Shown: one piece after another, positions 17,080 through 27,710 of the stretch
Layout: every line of letters begins with the position of its first letter
How positions within the stretch are numbered: the stretch's first letter is position 1
Assembly: GCA_964535575.1 (NCBI GenBank)
Contig: CAZHTC010000003.1
Coordinates: 283,357-347,356, forward strand
DNA: 64,000 bases
Direction: 5' to 3'
DNA from: an uncultured Bifidobacteriaceae bacterium
Lineage (GTDB): Bacteria; Bacteroidota; Bacteroidia; UKL13-3
The notes under the pieces: model-generated
What the model was told of the DNA's origin: nothing
The model's database searches: none
What the model saw: only the letters and a program-made list of their open reading frames with translations
Program-made: the position numbers and the translations under genes

Positions 17080-18531
17080 CTACAAAGTAAATTCTTGGCC
17101 TTTAACCGGAATGGTTATTTTATCGAAATGCTTTTGCCTGAGCAATGTTTCAAACGTTGCCATTGATGGTTCATCGCCATGGGTAAGAAATACCTGTTTC
17201 AGTTTTGATGAGTTATAAGAAAGCGTATTTTGAATTAATTGTTCCTGGTCGGCATGAGAACTGAATACATCGGTTGATGTAATTTGTGAATATACCCTCA
17301 GTTCTTTTCCTTTTATTTTTACGGTTTTTTGTCCGCTCAATAGGCGGGCACCCAGCGTTCCTTCGGCACAATAACCTGCAATAAGAATGGTGCTGAATGG
17401 ATTTTGTACGTGGTTTTTTACATGCTCCTGTATTCTTCCACCTTCCACCATGCCTGCAGCTGAGATGATCACGTATGGTTCATGGCAGTAAAAAAGATCT
17501 TTTTCATCGGCAGGGGTTTGTACAAAAGTGAGGTTTTCAAAATCAAACAGGTCGCCTTGTTTGGCATAAAATGCTTTGGCTTCTTCGTTTAGCTGATGTT
17601 GATATTGCTCGTAGTAGGGAGTGGTGCGTAAGGCCAGCGGACTATCCACAAAAACTTTTATACGTGGAAGTAATCCTTGTTTGTCTAATCGGTTAAGCGT
17701 GTAAATAATGGCCTGCGTTCTTCCTACGCTAAAGGCCGGAATAACAAGTTTGCCGTTAATTTTCACACAGGTTTCATTGATATGATGCAATAATTCCGAT
17801 TCTGCGTCCCGTTGTACTTTGTGCATCCGTCCGCCATAGGTGCTTTCGGTTATCAGGTAATTCAACTCCGGCATTTGTTCAGGGTTTTTTACCAGTTTTG
17901 AATTGTTTCGTCCAAGGTCCCCTGTAAATCCAATGTTTTGTGTCTGGCCATTTTCAGTAAATTCAACCAATACGCTGGCCGCTCCAAGCAAATGTCCGGC
18001 TTCGTAAAAGGTAAATTGTAGCCCATCATTCAGCCGGAATGGTTTGTGAAAATCAAGCGTAATCACTTGTTCCATGCTGTTCATCACATCTTTTTGCGTA
18101 AACAAAGGAACCGCATCCTGTGCTCTTCTCCCTTTTTTAGAACGATTTTTGGCTTTCCGGGCATCACCTGCCTGAATATTGGCGCTGTCTAAAAGCAGGT
18201 GTTTAACAATATCGGCAGTGGCAGGAGTGCAAAAAATATGTCCTCTGAAACCCTGACTAACCAGGTTTGGAATATTACCCGAATGATCGATATGGGCATG
18301 CGTTAAAATAAGAATGCTTATGCCAGCCGGGTCAAAAGGAAAGAGGCGGGAGGGATTACCATGAAGGTGACGTTGTTGCTCATAATCAAGGCCGCAATCA
18401 ACTAAAACCCGATAGCCCTTTTGGGTTTCAAGCATGTACATACTTCCGGTAACCTGTCGGGCCGCGCCCCAAAACGTTAATTTCATAAAGCTGGCAAAGG
18501 TAATCAATCTACCTATTGCAAACTCTTTCAT
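17080..18531 (-). CDS. MBL-fold metallo-hydrolase with beta-CASP/RNA-metabolising domain (RNase J / CPSF-like)
   Basis: HAHIDHSG motif. Downstream D/H motifs. Length about 480 aa with a C-terminal RNA-specificity region. Confidence 0.7.
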   Translation of the reverse strand: MKEFAIGRLITFASFMKLTFWGAARQVTGSMYMLETQKGYRVLVDCGLDYEQQRHLHGNPSRLFPFDPAGISILILTHAHIDHSGNIPNLVSQGFRGHIFCTPATADIVKHLLLDSANIQAGDARKAKNRSKKGRRAQDAVPLFTQKDVMNSMEQVITLDFHKPFRLNDGLQFTFYEAGHLLGAASVLVEFTENGQTQNIGFTGDLGRNNSKLVKNPEQMPELNYLITESTYGGRMHKVQRDAESELLHHINETCVKINGKLVIPAFSVGRTQAIIYTLNRLDKQGLLPRIKVFVDSPLALRTTPYYEQYQHQLNEEAKAFYAKQGDLFDFENLTFVQTPADEKDLFYCHEPYVIISAAGMVEGGRIQEHVKNHVQNPFSTILIAGYCAEGTLGARLLSGQKTVKIKGKELRVYSQITSTDVFSSHADQEQLIQNTLSYNSSKLKQVFLTHGDEPSMATFETLLRQKHFDKITIPVKGQEFTL

Positions 18532-18580
18532 TTAAGATTCGTTTCATCCGACTGAACTTTGTATTTTTGCCGCCATCATT

Positions 18581-20107
18581 ATGGAAGAAAAAATTTTAAT
18601 TCTCGACTTTGGTTCTCAATACACGCAACTTATTGCCAGACGTCTTCGCGAACTTCAGGTGTACAGTGAGATTTATCCCTTCAATCATTTCCCCGACCCC
18701 GATGATTCAGTAAAAGGCGTTATTTTTTCGGGAAGCCCTTTTTCGGTAAATGATTCCGATTCACCGCGCATTGATTTAGGTAAGTTCAGAAAAAAATTAC
18801 CTGTTTTAGGCGTTTGCTACGGAGCGCAACTTATGGCTCACGAAGGGGGAGGCAAAGTGCAGGCATCAAATACACGTGAATATGGCCGCGCCAGTTTAAA
18901 TGCCATCAAAGACGATGTGTTGTTTAAAAACATAAAACTTGGCACTCAGGTGTGGATGAGTCACGGAGATACCATTAAGGAAGTTCCGGCCGGATTTGAA
19001 ATTATTGCCGGTACCGAAAGTGTGGCCTGTGCCGCTTATAAAATTAAAGATGAATTAACCTATGCTATTCAGTTTCATCCCGAGGTTACTCACTCTACTG
19101 ACGGAAAAACACTATTGCACAATTTTATTACCGATATATGCGGGTGCTCGCAAAACTGGACCCCGGCCCATTTTATTGATACCACAGTGGCCGAATTAAA
19201 ACAAAAACTTGGTAACGATAAAGTGGTAATCGGGTTAAGCGGTGGCGTAGATTCATCGGTTGCGGCTATTTTGCTCAAACAAGCCATTGCATCAAACCTG
19301 TATTGTATTTTTATTGATAACGGATTGTTGCGCAAAGATGAGTATGAAAAGGTGTTGCACGGATACCAGAATATGGGATTAAATGTGATAGGGGTTAACG
19401 CTAAACAACAATTTCTTTCGCAGTTAAAAGGAGTTACCGATCCTGAACAAAAGCGTAAAGCCATCGGGAGGGTGTTTATAGAGGTTTTTGATCAGGAAGC
19501 ACACAAAATTCAGGATGTAAGCTGGCTTGCTCAGGGAACCATCTATCCTGACGTAATTGAATCGATTTCGGTTAAAGGTCCTTCAGCCACTATTAAATCA
19601 CATCACAATGTGGGCGGCCTGCCTGAAACCATGAAACTGAAAATTGTGGAACCGCTGCGCATGTTATTTAAAGATGAAGTGCGTGCTGTGGGAACTGCTT
19701 TAGGAATTGATCCTCTTATTTTAAAACGTCATCCGTTTCCGGGTCCGGGTCTTGCTATCCGCATACTGGGAGATATTACTGAAGAGAAAGTCCGGATTTT
19801 GCAGGAAGCTGATGCTATTTTTACTGATGAATTAAAGGCACATAACTTGTATGATCAGGTATGGCAGGCCGGAGCTGTTTTTCTTCCGGTTCAGTCGGTA
19901 GGAGTTATGGGTGATGAGCGTACTTACCAGCATGTAATTTGTTTAAGGGCGGTAACTTCGGTTGACGGAATGACGGCAGACTGGTGTCATTTACCTTACG
20001 AATTTTTAGGTTTGGTATCAAATAAAATTATCAATCAGGTTAAGGGAATAAACCGGGTGGTGTACGATATAAGTTCAAAACCACCAGCCACCATTGAATG
20101 GGAATAA
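18581..20107 (+). CDS. guaA: GMP synthase (glutamine-hydrolysing)
   Basis: GATase motifs ([11 protein letters not shown]). The ATP-PPase domain has SGGVDSSV. Confidence 0.95.
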   Translation: MEEKILILDFGSQYTQLIARRLRELQVYSEIYPFNHFPDPDDSVKGVIFSGSPFSVNDSDSPRIDLGKFRKKLPVLGVCYGAQLMAHEGGGKVQASNTREYGRASLNAIKDDVLFKNIKLGTQVWMSHGDTIKEVPAGFEIIAGTESVACAAYKIKDELTYAIQFHPEVTHSTDGKTLLHNFITDICGCSQNWTPAHFIDTTVAELKQKLGNDKVVIGLSGGVDSSVAAILLKQAIASNLYCIFIDNGLLRKDEYEKVLHGYQNMGLNVIGVNAKQQFLSQLKGVTDPEQKRKAIGRVFIEVFDQEAHKIQDVSWLAQGTIYPDVIESISVKGPSATIKSHHNVGGLPETMKLKIVEPLRMLFKDEVRAVGTALGIDPLILKRHPFPGPGLAIRILGDITEEKVRILQEADAIFTDELKAHNLYDQVWQAGAVFLPVQSVGVMGDERTYQHVICLRAVTSVDGMTADWCHLPYEFLGLVSNKIINQVKGINRVVYDISSKPPATIEWE

Positions 20108-21242
20108 ATTGAAAAAAATCATCGCATTTGTTCTTTTAATCACTTTTGCAGGAAACGGATTTGCTCAAACCGATAGCCTGCCTGTTTCATCCATGCAATT
20201 CAGGGTGCAATTGGTTTTGCCTCTTTTTCTGGATAACGAAACCGAATTGAAGGGAGCCGATGCGCAATGGCAAAAAATTGCAATAAGTTATTATCAGGGA
20301 GTATTATCAGCATTGGATTCGCTGGAACGGGCAGGTTTTAAATTGCAGTTGTTTGTTGACGATTATAAAAGTGATACCAATCTGATAAAGGAAATTATGG
20401 CCCGTCCTGATCGACAAAATATGGATTTAATCATCGGGCCGCTGTACAAAAACGGGTTTCATGTGGCCGAACGTTTTGCCGCTAAAAATAAAACGCCCAT
20501 TTTGTCTCCGTTTCTTACTTTTCAAACACAAAGTAATAATGAATTTTCAGTTGCCGCCAACCCAACCATTGAGTCATACGGCAGGGAAATGGCCCGTTAT
20601 ATCAACAATCACCTCGACAGTGCAAATATTTTACTGGTACATGACGGGAGTGCGATGGATAAAAGTTTTACCAAAGCATTTAATAAGGTGTATAATACCG
20701 GTAAAAAAAATCTGCTAAAAGATTATACCTACTCCCGAGCCACTCATCCGGCCAAAGGATTAATGATGACCATGTACAATTGGGTGATAATTCCTTCAAA
20801 AGATGAAAAAACAGTAAACACGGTTTTATATCAGTTGCACGATACTATTCAGGATAATCCGATGAGTGTGGTAGGAATGCAACCCTGGCTCGAATTCAGT
20901 AACGTGAATTTTAAATTGTGGGATACACTGGATATACATTTACTTACTCCCTATTACATCAATTATCACGACTCCATTATTCATGCATTTGTTATGCGTT
21001 TTCGCGAGCATTACGCCACCGATCCAGATGAATATGTATTCAGGGGGTATGATCAGTTTCTGGTTATGATGTATATGCTGCGTAATCATGGTAAGAATTT
21101 TCAAAGTGCTGTAGTGGGAAATGAATATCCGGCATTGCACACCCGTTTTCGGTTTAACAGGGAAGCTAAAAACAGCGGGCTTGAAAACGGTTATCTCAAT
21201 ATTCTGCGTTATGATGAATTTAGATTTCATAAACTTCAGTGA
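20094..21242 (+). CDS. Hypothetical periplasmic binding protein-like (PBP type-1 / LivK-like fold) protein, orphan (no adjacent permease)
   Basis: Signal peptide [25 protein letters not shown]. The general alpha/beta periplasmic-binding-protein pattern is inferred loosely. It overlaps the guaA stop by 14 nt and the rsmB-like start by 4 nt. Confidence 0.4.
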   Translation: MNGNKLKKIIAFVLLITFAGNGFAQTDSLPVSSMQFRVQLVLPLFLDNETELKGADAQWQKIAISYYQGVLSALDSLERAGFKLQLFVDDYKSDTNLIKEIMARPDRQNMDLIIGPLYKNGFHVAERFAAKNKTPILSPFLTFQTQSNNEFSVAANPTIESYGREMARYINNHLDSANILLVHDGSAMDKSFTKAFNKVYNTGKKNLLKDYTYSRATHPAKGLMMTMYNWVIIPSKDEKTVNTVLYQLHDTIQDNPMSVVGMQPWLEFSNVNFKLWDTLDIHLLTPYYINYHDSIIHAFVMRFREHYATDPDEYVFRGYDQFLVMMYMLRNHGKNFQSAVVGNEYPALHTRFRFNREAKNSGLENGYLNILRYDEFRFHKLQ

Positions 21243-22438
21243 GCCGCATTGAAGATATCAGGCTGTCGCATGTAAAGCGCATATTGGCTGCGTATCATTT
21301 TGAAATACCGTTGCATCATTTCCTCAAAAATTATTTTCGCGAAAACAAACAAATAGGATCTAAAGACCGTAAACTGCTCCGGCAGTACACTTACCATTGG
21401 TTTCGGTTGGGCCAAGCTATTATCGGTGAAGAGACCGAGTTGCGTTTGGCAAAGGCCGTTTTTTTAAATGAAAAAAAAGCGTCTCCTTTTTTCGATTACC
21501 TCTCGTTGCGTTCTCAATGGAAACCCGATGATGCCTCCTGGAGTTTTCCGGTACAGGAAAAGCTAAAACTGTTACAGATTTCGTATACCGACATTTTTCC
21601 GTGGATGGATGAATTGTGTGATGAATTGCGTAAAGATGAGTTTATCGAAAGTTTTTTTAAACAACCCCGCTTGTGGTTGCGTGCACGAAAGGGGAAAGAA
21701 CAACTTCTGGAACAGCAATTACTTCACCAGCAATTGCCTTTTGAGCGAAATACCCTGTTGCCCCGGGCATATGCTTTGCCAAATGGAAGCAATCCGCAAA
21801 CGGAAGGTCTGGCCGAGGTGCAGGATTTAAGTTCGCAGCAGGTAATCGGTTTTGTTAAGGTTACTCCGGGGATCACTATATGGGATTGTTGTGCCGCCTC
21901 AGGAGGGAAAAGCCTTGCCCTTGCGGATGACAATTCAGGCATAAATTTATTTGTATCTGACCTGCGCGAACGGATACTGGAGAATTTACACCAACGGTTT
22001 GCCACAAACGGGATTAACTCTTATGCAGCGGCTGTTGCCGATTTAAGCAGGCAGCATTCCTGTATTTCCTTTACCAAATGGCCAGACAGAAAACGAATAG
22101 AAGCTACTCACGGATTTTTTGATGTAATTCTGGTAGATGCTCCCTGCAGCGGTTCGGGTACATGGGCCCGCACCCCCGAACAGTTACAGCAAATGAATGA
22201 ACAAACCGTAGACCGGTATGCTGCTTTGCAAAGAAGTATTGTACAAAATGTGTTGCCTTTTTTAAAACCAAACGGACAATTGGTATACATCACCTGCTCG
22301 GTATTTGCCAGGGAAAACGAAAAGCAGGCTGATTATTTTGCCGCGCACTTTCACCTTAAAGCAATTACTGAAAAACTTGTTCAGGGAGCTGCAGATGGTG
22401 CCGATACCATGTTTGTATCGGTGTTACATAAGCCCTGA
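21239..22438 (+). CDS. RsmB/NOP2/Sun-family 16S rRNA m5C methyltransferase
   Basis: DCCAASGGKS (motif I), VDAPCSGSGT (motif IV, PC) and TCS (motif VI) motifs. GTG start as called. Confidence 0.75.
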   Translation: MSRIEDIRLSHVKRILAAYHFEIPLHHFLKNYFRENKQIGSKDRKLLRQYTYHWFRLGQAIIGEETELRLAKAVFLNEKKASPFFDYLSLRSQWKPDDASWSFPVQEKLKLLQISYTDIFPWMDELCDELRKDEFIESFFKQPRLWLRARKGKEQLLEQQLLHQQLPFERNTLLPRAYALPNGSNPQTEGLAEVQDLSSQQVIGFVKVTPGITIWDCCAASGGKSLALADDNSGINLFVSDLRERILENLHQRFATNGINSYAAAVADLSRQHSCISFTKWPDRKRIEATHGFFDVILVDAPCSGSGTWARTPEQLQQMNEQTVDRYAALQRSIVQNVLPFLKPNGQLVYITCSVFARENEKQADYFAAHFHLKAITEKLVQGAADGADTMFVSVLHKP

Positions 22439-22470
22439 ATAAATTAAATCTCCCCTGGCTACTGCACTTT

Positions 22471-22845
22471 TCAGGCAGTCTTGTTTTCGTAATACTTTTG
22501 GTTGTAGAGGTACGAAGTAAAAGCCACGGCAAAAACAACCACCATGGTAAGCATGGGTAATTGAAAACCATCAACAGACACCACTGAATACACAGCTCCG
22601 ATTAAATCGAAAATTAAACCGGCATAAGCCCATTCTTTTAATTTTTTAAAGCCCGGAATGAGAATGGTAATACTGCCCAATAATTTGGCAACCCCGATAA
22701 AAGGAATGAAATACACAGGATATCCCAAATGATTCATAAATTGTTTTGCATCCTCTATCACCAGCATATCCGGTATGGCAGAAAAAATCATAAAGGCCGA
22801 AAATAGGATGGTTGTTGTCCAGTAAATAAGTTTTGTTTTTTTCAT
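22471..22845 (-). CDS. DoxX-family membrane protein
   Basis: 124 aa with 4 TM segments, typical of DoxX. It is adjacent to the SRPBCC/ArsR stress cluster. Confidence 0.6.
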   Translation of the reverse strand: MKKTKLIYWTTTILFSAFMIFSAIPDMLVIEDAKQFMNHLGYPVYFIPFIGVAKLLGSITILIPGFKKLKEWAYAGLIFDLIGAVYSVVSVDGFQLPMLTMVVVFAVAFTSYLYNQKYYENKTA

Positions 22846-22847
22846 AT

Positions 22848-23813
22848 TTATTTTTGGTTAAAATTTAACATCCAGTTGATCCCGAATTTATCTGTAAAGC
22901 TGCCAAAGTAAGCGCCCCAAAACATATCCTGTAAAGGCATTGTAACCTTACCTTCGGCTGAAAGTTCTTCAAACAATCGTTGCGTTTCTTCTTTGGTTTC
23001 AGGCTCCAGAGAGATGTGCATATTATTTCCGGGTATAACGGTAAATCCCATTTCTGCGGGAGCATCGGTTCCCATTAAAATATGATTCGCTGTTATGGGT
23101 AATTCTACATGTAGTACCATTTGCTTTAGGCTCTCGGCCACGGGAGGTTGATTGGCATCAGCCGGTAAATCGCCAAATCGCTGAATACCATTTCCTGTAA
23201 ATTGTGTTTTAAAAACCGATTGATAAAACAGAAATGCTTCCTCCGTATTGCCGGGAAAGTTGAGGTAAGTACACACCCGCGATTTTGCATCAGTGCGTAA
23301 TTCATTTCTTAGTTTTAATTGTGCATCCAGGTATTGATCCAGATTACCTAATGCCATAGTAAATCCTTCTTTAAATCCCATTTCGATAATTTTTTCCAGG
23401 TCTTCTAATTTTTCGTATTGGGCAACAATATTCACTGTGGTGGTTTGTGCATTTTGGGTAAATGTATTATTCCAAACTGTGCGCGGAAAGTCGGTATTAA
23501 TGTTTCCGGCCTCGTCACAAAAAGCATCCAATCCAGAAAAACTTTTCAGTATGTCAATCTTTTTATATTCGTTCAGGCAATAGTGTTTTTCACCTTCCGG
23601 ACTTATCATGTAATAAAGCCACCGTCCGCCTACTCTAAAATCCATTGAGATAGTTTTAGTTTGATAGGGTTTTGGTGCCCACCATTGGTCAAGCAGTTCG
23701 GGTTTAGTCCATGCGTCCCATACCAGTTCCAGATTGGCGGCAAATTCCCTGGTTACTTTCACAGTGTTGTTTTCCTTATTTACAGAAAAATCAAATTGTA
23801 GATGTGGATTCAT
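22848..23813 (-). CDS. Fusion protein: N-terminal SRPBCC (AHSA1/Aha1-like) domain + C-terminal VOC (glyoxalase/PhnB-like) domain
   Basis: N-terminus [23 protein letters not shown] is typical of AHSA1-like SRPBCC. The C-terminal [18 protein letters not shown]...[22 protein letters not shown] is typical of the PhnB-like VOC family. Confidence 0.7.
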   Translation of the reverse strand: MNPHLQFDFSVNKENNTVKVTREFAANLELVWDAWTKPELLDQWWAPKPYQTKTISMDFRVGGRWLYYMISPEGEKHYCLNEYKKIDILKSFSGLDAFCDEAGNINTDFPRTVWNNTFTQNAQTTTVNIVAQYEKLEDLEKIIEMGFKEGFTMALGNLDQYLDAQLKLRNELRTDAKSRVCTYLNFPGNTEEAFLFYQSVFKTQFTGNGIQRFGDLPADANQPPVAESLKQMVLHVELPITANHILMGTDAPAEMGFTVIPGNNMHISLEPETKEETQRLFEELSAEGKVTMPLQDMFWGAYFGSFTDKFGINWMLNFNQK

Positions 23814-24130
23814 TTTTTATTCTTTTTAAGGTGATTTAATAGCGAGTCAAGTTCATTAAAGCGGCTTTCCCATATTTTTCGGAGTTGTTCAAGCCATTTA
23901 TCTATTTCTTTCATTTTAGCAGCATTCAGGTCATAGTATATTTCCCGGCCCCTGTATTCCGGTTTCACCAGTTCGCATTCGGTAAGTATCCGTAAATGTT
24001 TTGACACAGCCTGCCTGGTGGTGTCAAAATGGTCGGCTAATGCATTTGGAGTCATGGCCTGCGCTGCAATCAGTAATATAATAGCCCTACGGGTGGGGTC
24101 GGCTATGGCTTGAAAAACATCTCTTCTCAT
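23810..24130 (-). CDS. ArsR/SmtB-family transcriptional regulator
   Basis: HTH signature [14 protein letters not shown]...[25 protein letters not shown]. The start is moved to 24130 ([15 protein letters not shown]), which gives a typical 106-aa ArsR. The longer call would run through the operator repeats. Confidence 0.8.
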   Translation of the reverse strand: MRRDVFQAIADPTRRAIILLIAAQAMTPNALADHFDTTRQAVSKHLRILTECELVKPEYRGREIYYDLNAAKMKEIDKWLEQLRKIWESRFNELDSLLNHLKKNKK

Positions 24131-24147
24131 GAGGGTATCCGGATTAA

Positions 24148-24190
24148 ATATGCAACTAATCGAATGCAAATATATATATGCAACTATTCG
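24148..24190. promoter_or_regulatory. Putative ArsR operator: two near-identical direct repeats ATATGCAACTA(A/T)TCG in the arsR / MBL-gene divergent control region
   Basis: Repeat 1 at 24148-24162 and repeat 2 at 24176-24190 (14/15 identical), with a third TGCAA between them. They lie immediately upstream of the arsR start. Confidence 0.35.
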
Positions 24191-24581
24191 GTTTCACATT
24201 TTTTTAATTTTTTTTAATGTTATCCTTTTTACGGGGTAAAAAATATTCCCCATTGAGTAAAGACCAAGGGGGATCAGCTACATGGAGGGGTATATTTAAC
24301 CTAAAACTTCAATGGAGTAGCTTATCCACATTTGCCCAAAACCTATTCACAAATTACTTGTGTAAAAAGATGAAAATAGTTGAAAATAAGAAAGGTTAAC
24401 CCTTACAAGAAATTCACATTATTCCCTACCGCAGGGTGTGCTCAGCAGTTTAGGCTTTTGGCGGGGGCAAGCCTTAAGGTTTTGAGCAGTTTACTATGTT
24501 GATAGAATATAGGCCTTCGCAATTGCGGAAAGTAGTAATTTTACCCTTCTGTTTATCGCAGTTTTGCAAGGAGTAAATTCA

Positions 24582-25262
24582 ATGAAGGTAAAGTATTTAG
24601 GTCATTCGTGTTTTCAGGTAGAGGCAGGAGGGAAGGTGCTCCTGTTCGATCCCTTTATCACACCTAATCAACTGGCATCTTCTATAGATGTGAAACAGGT
24701 AAAGGCCGACTATGTATTTATTTCGCATGCCCATCAGGATCATACAGCAGATGCTCTTGCCATAGCCAAACAAAACGACAGCACTATGGTGGCAAACTGG
24801 GAAATATGCTCGTGGTTCAACACACAGGGCTGGCACAAAACCCACCCCATGAATGCCGGTGGAAAATGGACATTTGACTGGGGCGAGGTAAAATTTACCA
24901 ATGCCATTCATTCAAGCTCATTTGCCGATGGATGTGACGGGGGAAATCCGCAGGGATTTATTATTAAAGCTGATGGCAAAACATTTTATTATGCGGGAGA
25001 TACAGCCCTGCATATGGATATGCAGTTGATTGGCAAGTATCACAAACCCGATTTTGCCTTTTTGCCGGTAGGCAGCAATTTTACCATGAGTTATGAGGAT
25101 GCGGTAATTGCAGCCGATTTTATACAATGTAATAAGATTATCGGGATGCATTTTGATACATTTCCGTATATTGTAATCAATCACAAGCAGGTGAAACAGG
25201 CTTTTGCCGATGCCGGAAAAACCATTCACCTCATGGAGATAGGAGCCACATTAGACATTTAA
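24582..25262 (+). CDS. UPF0173-family metal-dependent hydrolase (MBL fold)
   Basis: MKVKYLGHSCFQVEAGGKVLLFDPF and HAHQDH motifs. The start is moved to ATG 24582. Confidence 0.8.
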   Translation: MKVKYLGHSCFQVEAGGKVLLFDPFITPNQLASSIDVKQVKADYVFISHAHQDHTADALAIAKQNDSTMVANWEICSWFNTQGWHKTHPMNAGGKWTFDWGEVKFTNAIHSSSFADGCDGGNPQGFIIKADGKTFYYAGDTALHMDMQLIGKYHKPDFAFLPVGSNFTMSYEDAVIAADFIQCNKIIGMHFDTFPYIVINHKQVKQAFADAGKTIHLMEIGATLDI

Positions 25263-25290
25263 TTTTTATTTGAGAGGAATATAAAGCGCA

Positions 25291-26094
25291 ATGGGAAAAA
25301 TTATTGCAATTGCAAATCAAAAAGGGGGAGTAGGCAAAACCACCACAGCCATTAATCTGGCTGCCAGCTTAGCCGTATTGGAATACAAAACACTGTTGGT
25401 GGATGCCGACCCGCAGGCCAATTCTACATCGGGCACGGGATTCGATCCCAAGAATGTAAAAATAGGTATTTACGATACATTGATTAATGACACCGAAGCA
25501 CGGGATGTAATTTTGAAAACAGAAACCGATTTTCTGGATTTACTTCCTGCCAGTATTGATTTGGTGGGGGCTGAAATTGAACTTATCGACAGGCCAAACC
25601 GTGAACGGATGATGAAAGCTTCATTGGAAAAGGTGCGCGGGGATTATGATTTTATCATTATTGATTGTTCGCCATCGCTGGGCATTATAACCACCAATGC
25701 CCTTACTGCTGCCGATTCGGTAATCATTCCGGTACAATGCGAATATTTTGCATTGGAAGGACTGGGCAAATTGCTCAACACCATCAAAATTGTTCAAAGT
25801 AATATTAACCAGAATTTACAAATTGAGGGCATTTTGCTTACCATGTACGATTCACGTTTACGCCTGAGCAATCAGGTGGTGGAAGAGGTGAAAATGCATT
25901 TTCAGCAATTGGTTTTTGATACCATTATTCAGCGTAATACCAAGCTGAGTGAAGCGCCAAGTTTTGGTGTGCCGGTAATACAGCATGATGCAGCCAGCCG
26001 GGGTACGGTAAATTATTTAAACCTTGCCCGCGAATTGCTCACCAAAAACGGACTCACCAAAATGAGTGCAATGGATAATGTAAGTAACAACTAA
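25291..26094 (+). CDS. parA: Chromosome partitioning ATPase ParA/Soj
   Basis: Deviant Walker A KGGVGKTT. Length and motifs typical of ParA. Confidence 0.95.
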   Translation: MGKIIAIANQKGGVGKTTTAINLAASLAVLEYKTLLVDADPQANSTSGTGFDPKNVKIGIYDTLINDTEARDVILKTETDFLDLLPASIDLVGAEIELIDRPNRERMMKASLEKVRGDYDFIIIDCSPSLGIITTNALTAADSVIIPVQCEYFALEGLGKLLNTIKIVQSNINQNLQIEGILLTMYDSRLRLSNQVVEEVKMHFQQLVFDTIIQRNTKLSEAPSFGVPVIQHDAASRGTVNYLNLARELLTKNGLTKMSAMDNVSNN

Positions 26095-26169
26095 AAAATT
26101 GAGAGTAGCAGATAAGGCAAAAACCGGTTATTGGTTATGGCCTGTTCGGCAGGAAATAAGAATGAGAAG

Positions 26170-27084
26170 ATGACAGTAACAAAAAAAGGCGGACTGGGCA
26201 AAGGATTAGCAGCCCTGTTGCAGAATGCAGAAACAGATATAACCACCACCCGCGAGTCGAAGCCGGTAGGTGCGGTAAGTGAAATTGAAATCAGTCAGAT
26301 TGAAGCCAACCCTTTTCAGCCACGTACCGATTTTGATAAACAAGCCTTGCAGGAACTTTCGGCATCCATAAAAATTCACGGACTGATTCAACCCATTACC
26401 GTGCGCAAAATGGGGTATGATAAATACCAGATTATTTCGGGTGAGCGAAGGACGCGTGCAGCAATTGAAGCCGGATTAAAAACCATTCCTGCCTATATCA
26501 GACTGGCCAACGACCAGGAAATGCTGGAAATGGCTCTTATTGAAAACATTCAGCGGCAGGATTTAAATGCCATTGAAGTAGCTTTAAGTTACAAACGGCT
26601 TATTGACGAATGCAGCATGACACAGGAGCAGGTGGCCGAACGGGTGGGTAAAGAACGCAGCACGGTTGCCAATTACCTTCGTTTGCTAAAGTTACCTGGA
26701 GATATACAAGCTGCCATACGCGATGGATTGTTGAGTATGGGTCATGCCCGTGCAATTATCAGCATTGAGAATGAAGCCGAGCAGCTACGCATTTTTAATG
26801 AGATACGCGATGGAAACCTTTCGGTGCGCATGGCCGAGGAACTGGCCCGCCTGCAAAAAGAATTAGATAAGGAAAACAAACCGGCTGCACCTGTTGCCAA
26901 AAAAGTAAAACTCAGTGACGGACTGTTGCTCAATGATTATACCGTTTATCAGCGAGCCCTTAGCGATCGGTTCAACTCTAAAGTTACCTTTAAAGCCAAT
27001 GAAAAAGGGAAAGGGAGTATTCAAATCCAATTTGAAGACCTTGACGAATTGCAACGGCTTATTGATATGTTGGAATCAAAATAA
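26170..27084 (+). CDS. parB: Chromosome partitioning protein ParB/Spo0J
   Basis: GLGKGLAALL N-terminus. ParB box GERRTRAAIEAG. HTH region. The start is moved to ATG 26170 (MTVTKKGGLGKGL). Confidence 0.9.
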   Translation: MTVTKKGGLGKGLAALLQNAETDITTTRESKPVGAVSEIEISQIEANPFQPRTDFDKQALQELSASIKIHGLIQPITVRKMGYDKYQIISGERRTRAAIEAGLKTIPAYIRLANDQEMLEMALIENIQRQDLNAIEVALSYKRLIDECSMTQEQVAERVGKERSTVANYLRLLKLPGDIQAAIRDGLLSMGHARAIISIENEAEQLRIFNEIRDGNLSVRMAEELARLQKELDKENKPAAPVAKKVKLSDGLLLNDYTVYQRALSDRFNSKVTFKANEKGKGSIQIQFEDLDELQRLIDMLESK

Positions 27085-27087
27085 ATT

Positions 27088-27708
27088 TTGAAAGCAGCAA
27101 TTGTATTCATTTGTTTGCTTGGGCTTATACCGGCACTTTCATACGCTCAGCAACCTGTTAAAGATTCGATAGAGCAGTTTAAACCTGATAGCACGGTGCC
27201 CAAAAGCCGTTTCGATCTGGGAAAAATGAATAACCCGGTAAAACCGGTTCATTCCCCACATACTGCCACATGGCGGTCGGTGGTAATACCGGGCTGGGGG
27301 CAGGCTTACAACAAAAAGTATTGGAAAATTCCGGTAATTTATGCCGGAGCTGCCGGTTTGATTTTAGGGTTGTCGTGGAATCATAAAAACTATAAAGAGT
27401 TTAAACAAATCTACACCTATATTCAGGACGAGGATAGTTCTACTGTTCCTGTTTATCAGGGAAATGTGCTCGACTCGCGTTATACCAACTGGGCGGCCAG
27501 CAACCGCGATTATTTTCGTAAAAACAGAGATATGTGCGCCATAGGACTGGGGCTTATTTATGTACTTAATATCGTGGATGCCAATGTAGATGCACATTTA
27601 TTTGAATTCAATGTGAATGATGACTTATCTTTGAGGATAGAACCGAGAATTTTTGCCCTGAACGGAATCGGTTATAGCGGGTTCGGGGCTACACTAAAAA
27701 TAAGATAA
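27088..27708 (+). CDS. DUF5683-domain protein (conserved Bacteroidetes parB-adjacent gene)
   Basis: Signal peptide. RSVVIPGWGQAYNKKYWKIPVIYAGAAG motif. Conserved position between parB and dapB. Confidence 0.65.
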   Translation: MKAAIVFICLLGLIPALSYAQQPVKDSIEQFKPDSTVPKSRFDLGKMNNPVKPVHSPHTATWRSVVIPGWGQAYNKKYWKIPVIYAGAAGLILGLSWNHKNYKEFKQIYTYIQDEDSSTVPVYQGNVLDSRYTNWAASNRDYFRKNRDMCAIGLGLIYVLNIVDANVDAHLFEFNVNDDLSLRIEPRIFALNGIGYSGFGATLKIR

Positions 27709-27710
27709 AC

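Noticed and set aside
24217-24399. 60-aa ORF in the arsR/hydrolase intergenic leader
   Set aside because: No sequence feature distinguishes it from a random open frame in the leader. It is more likely non-coding leader or promoter sequence, and it is noted under the leader finding instead.
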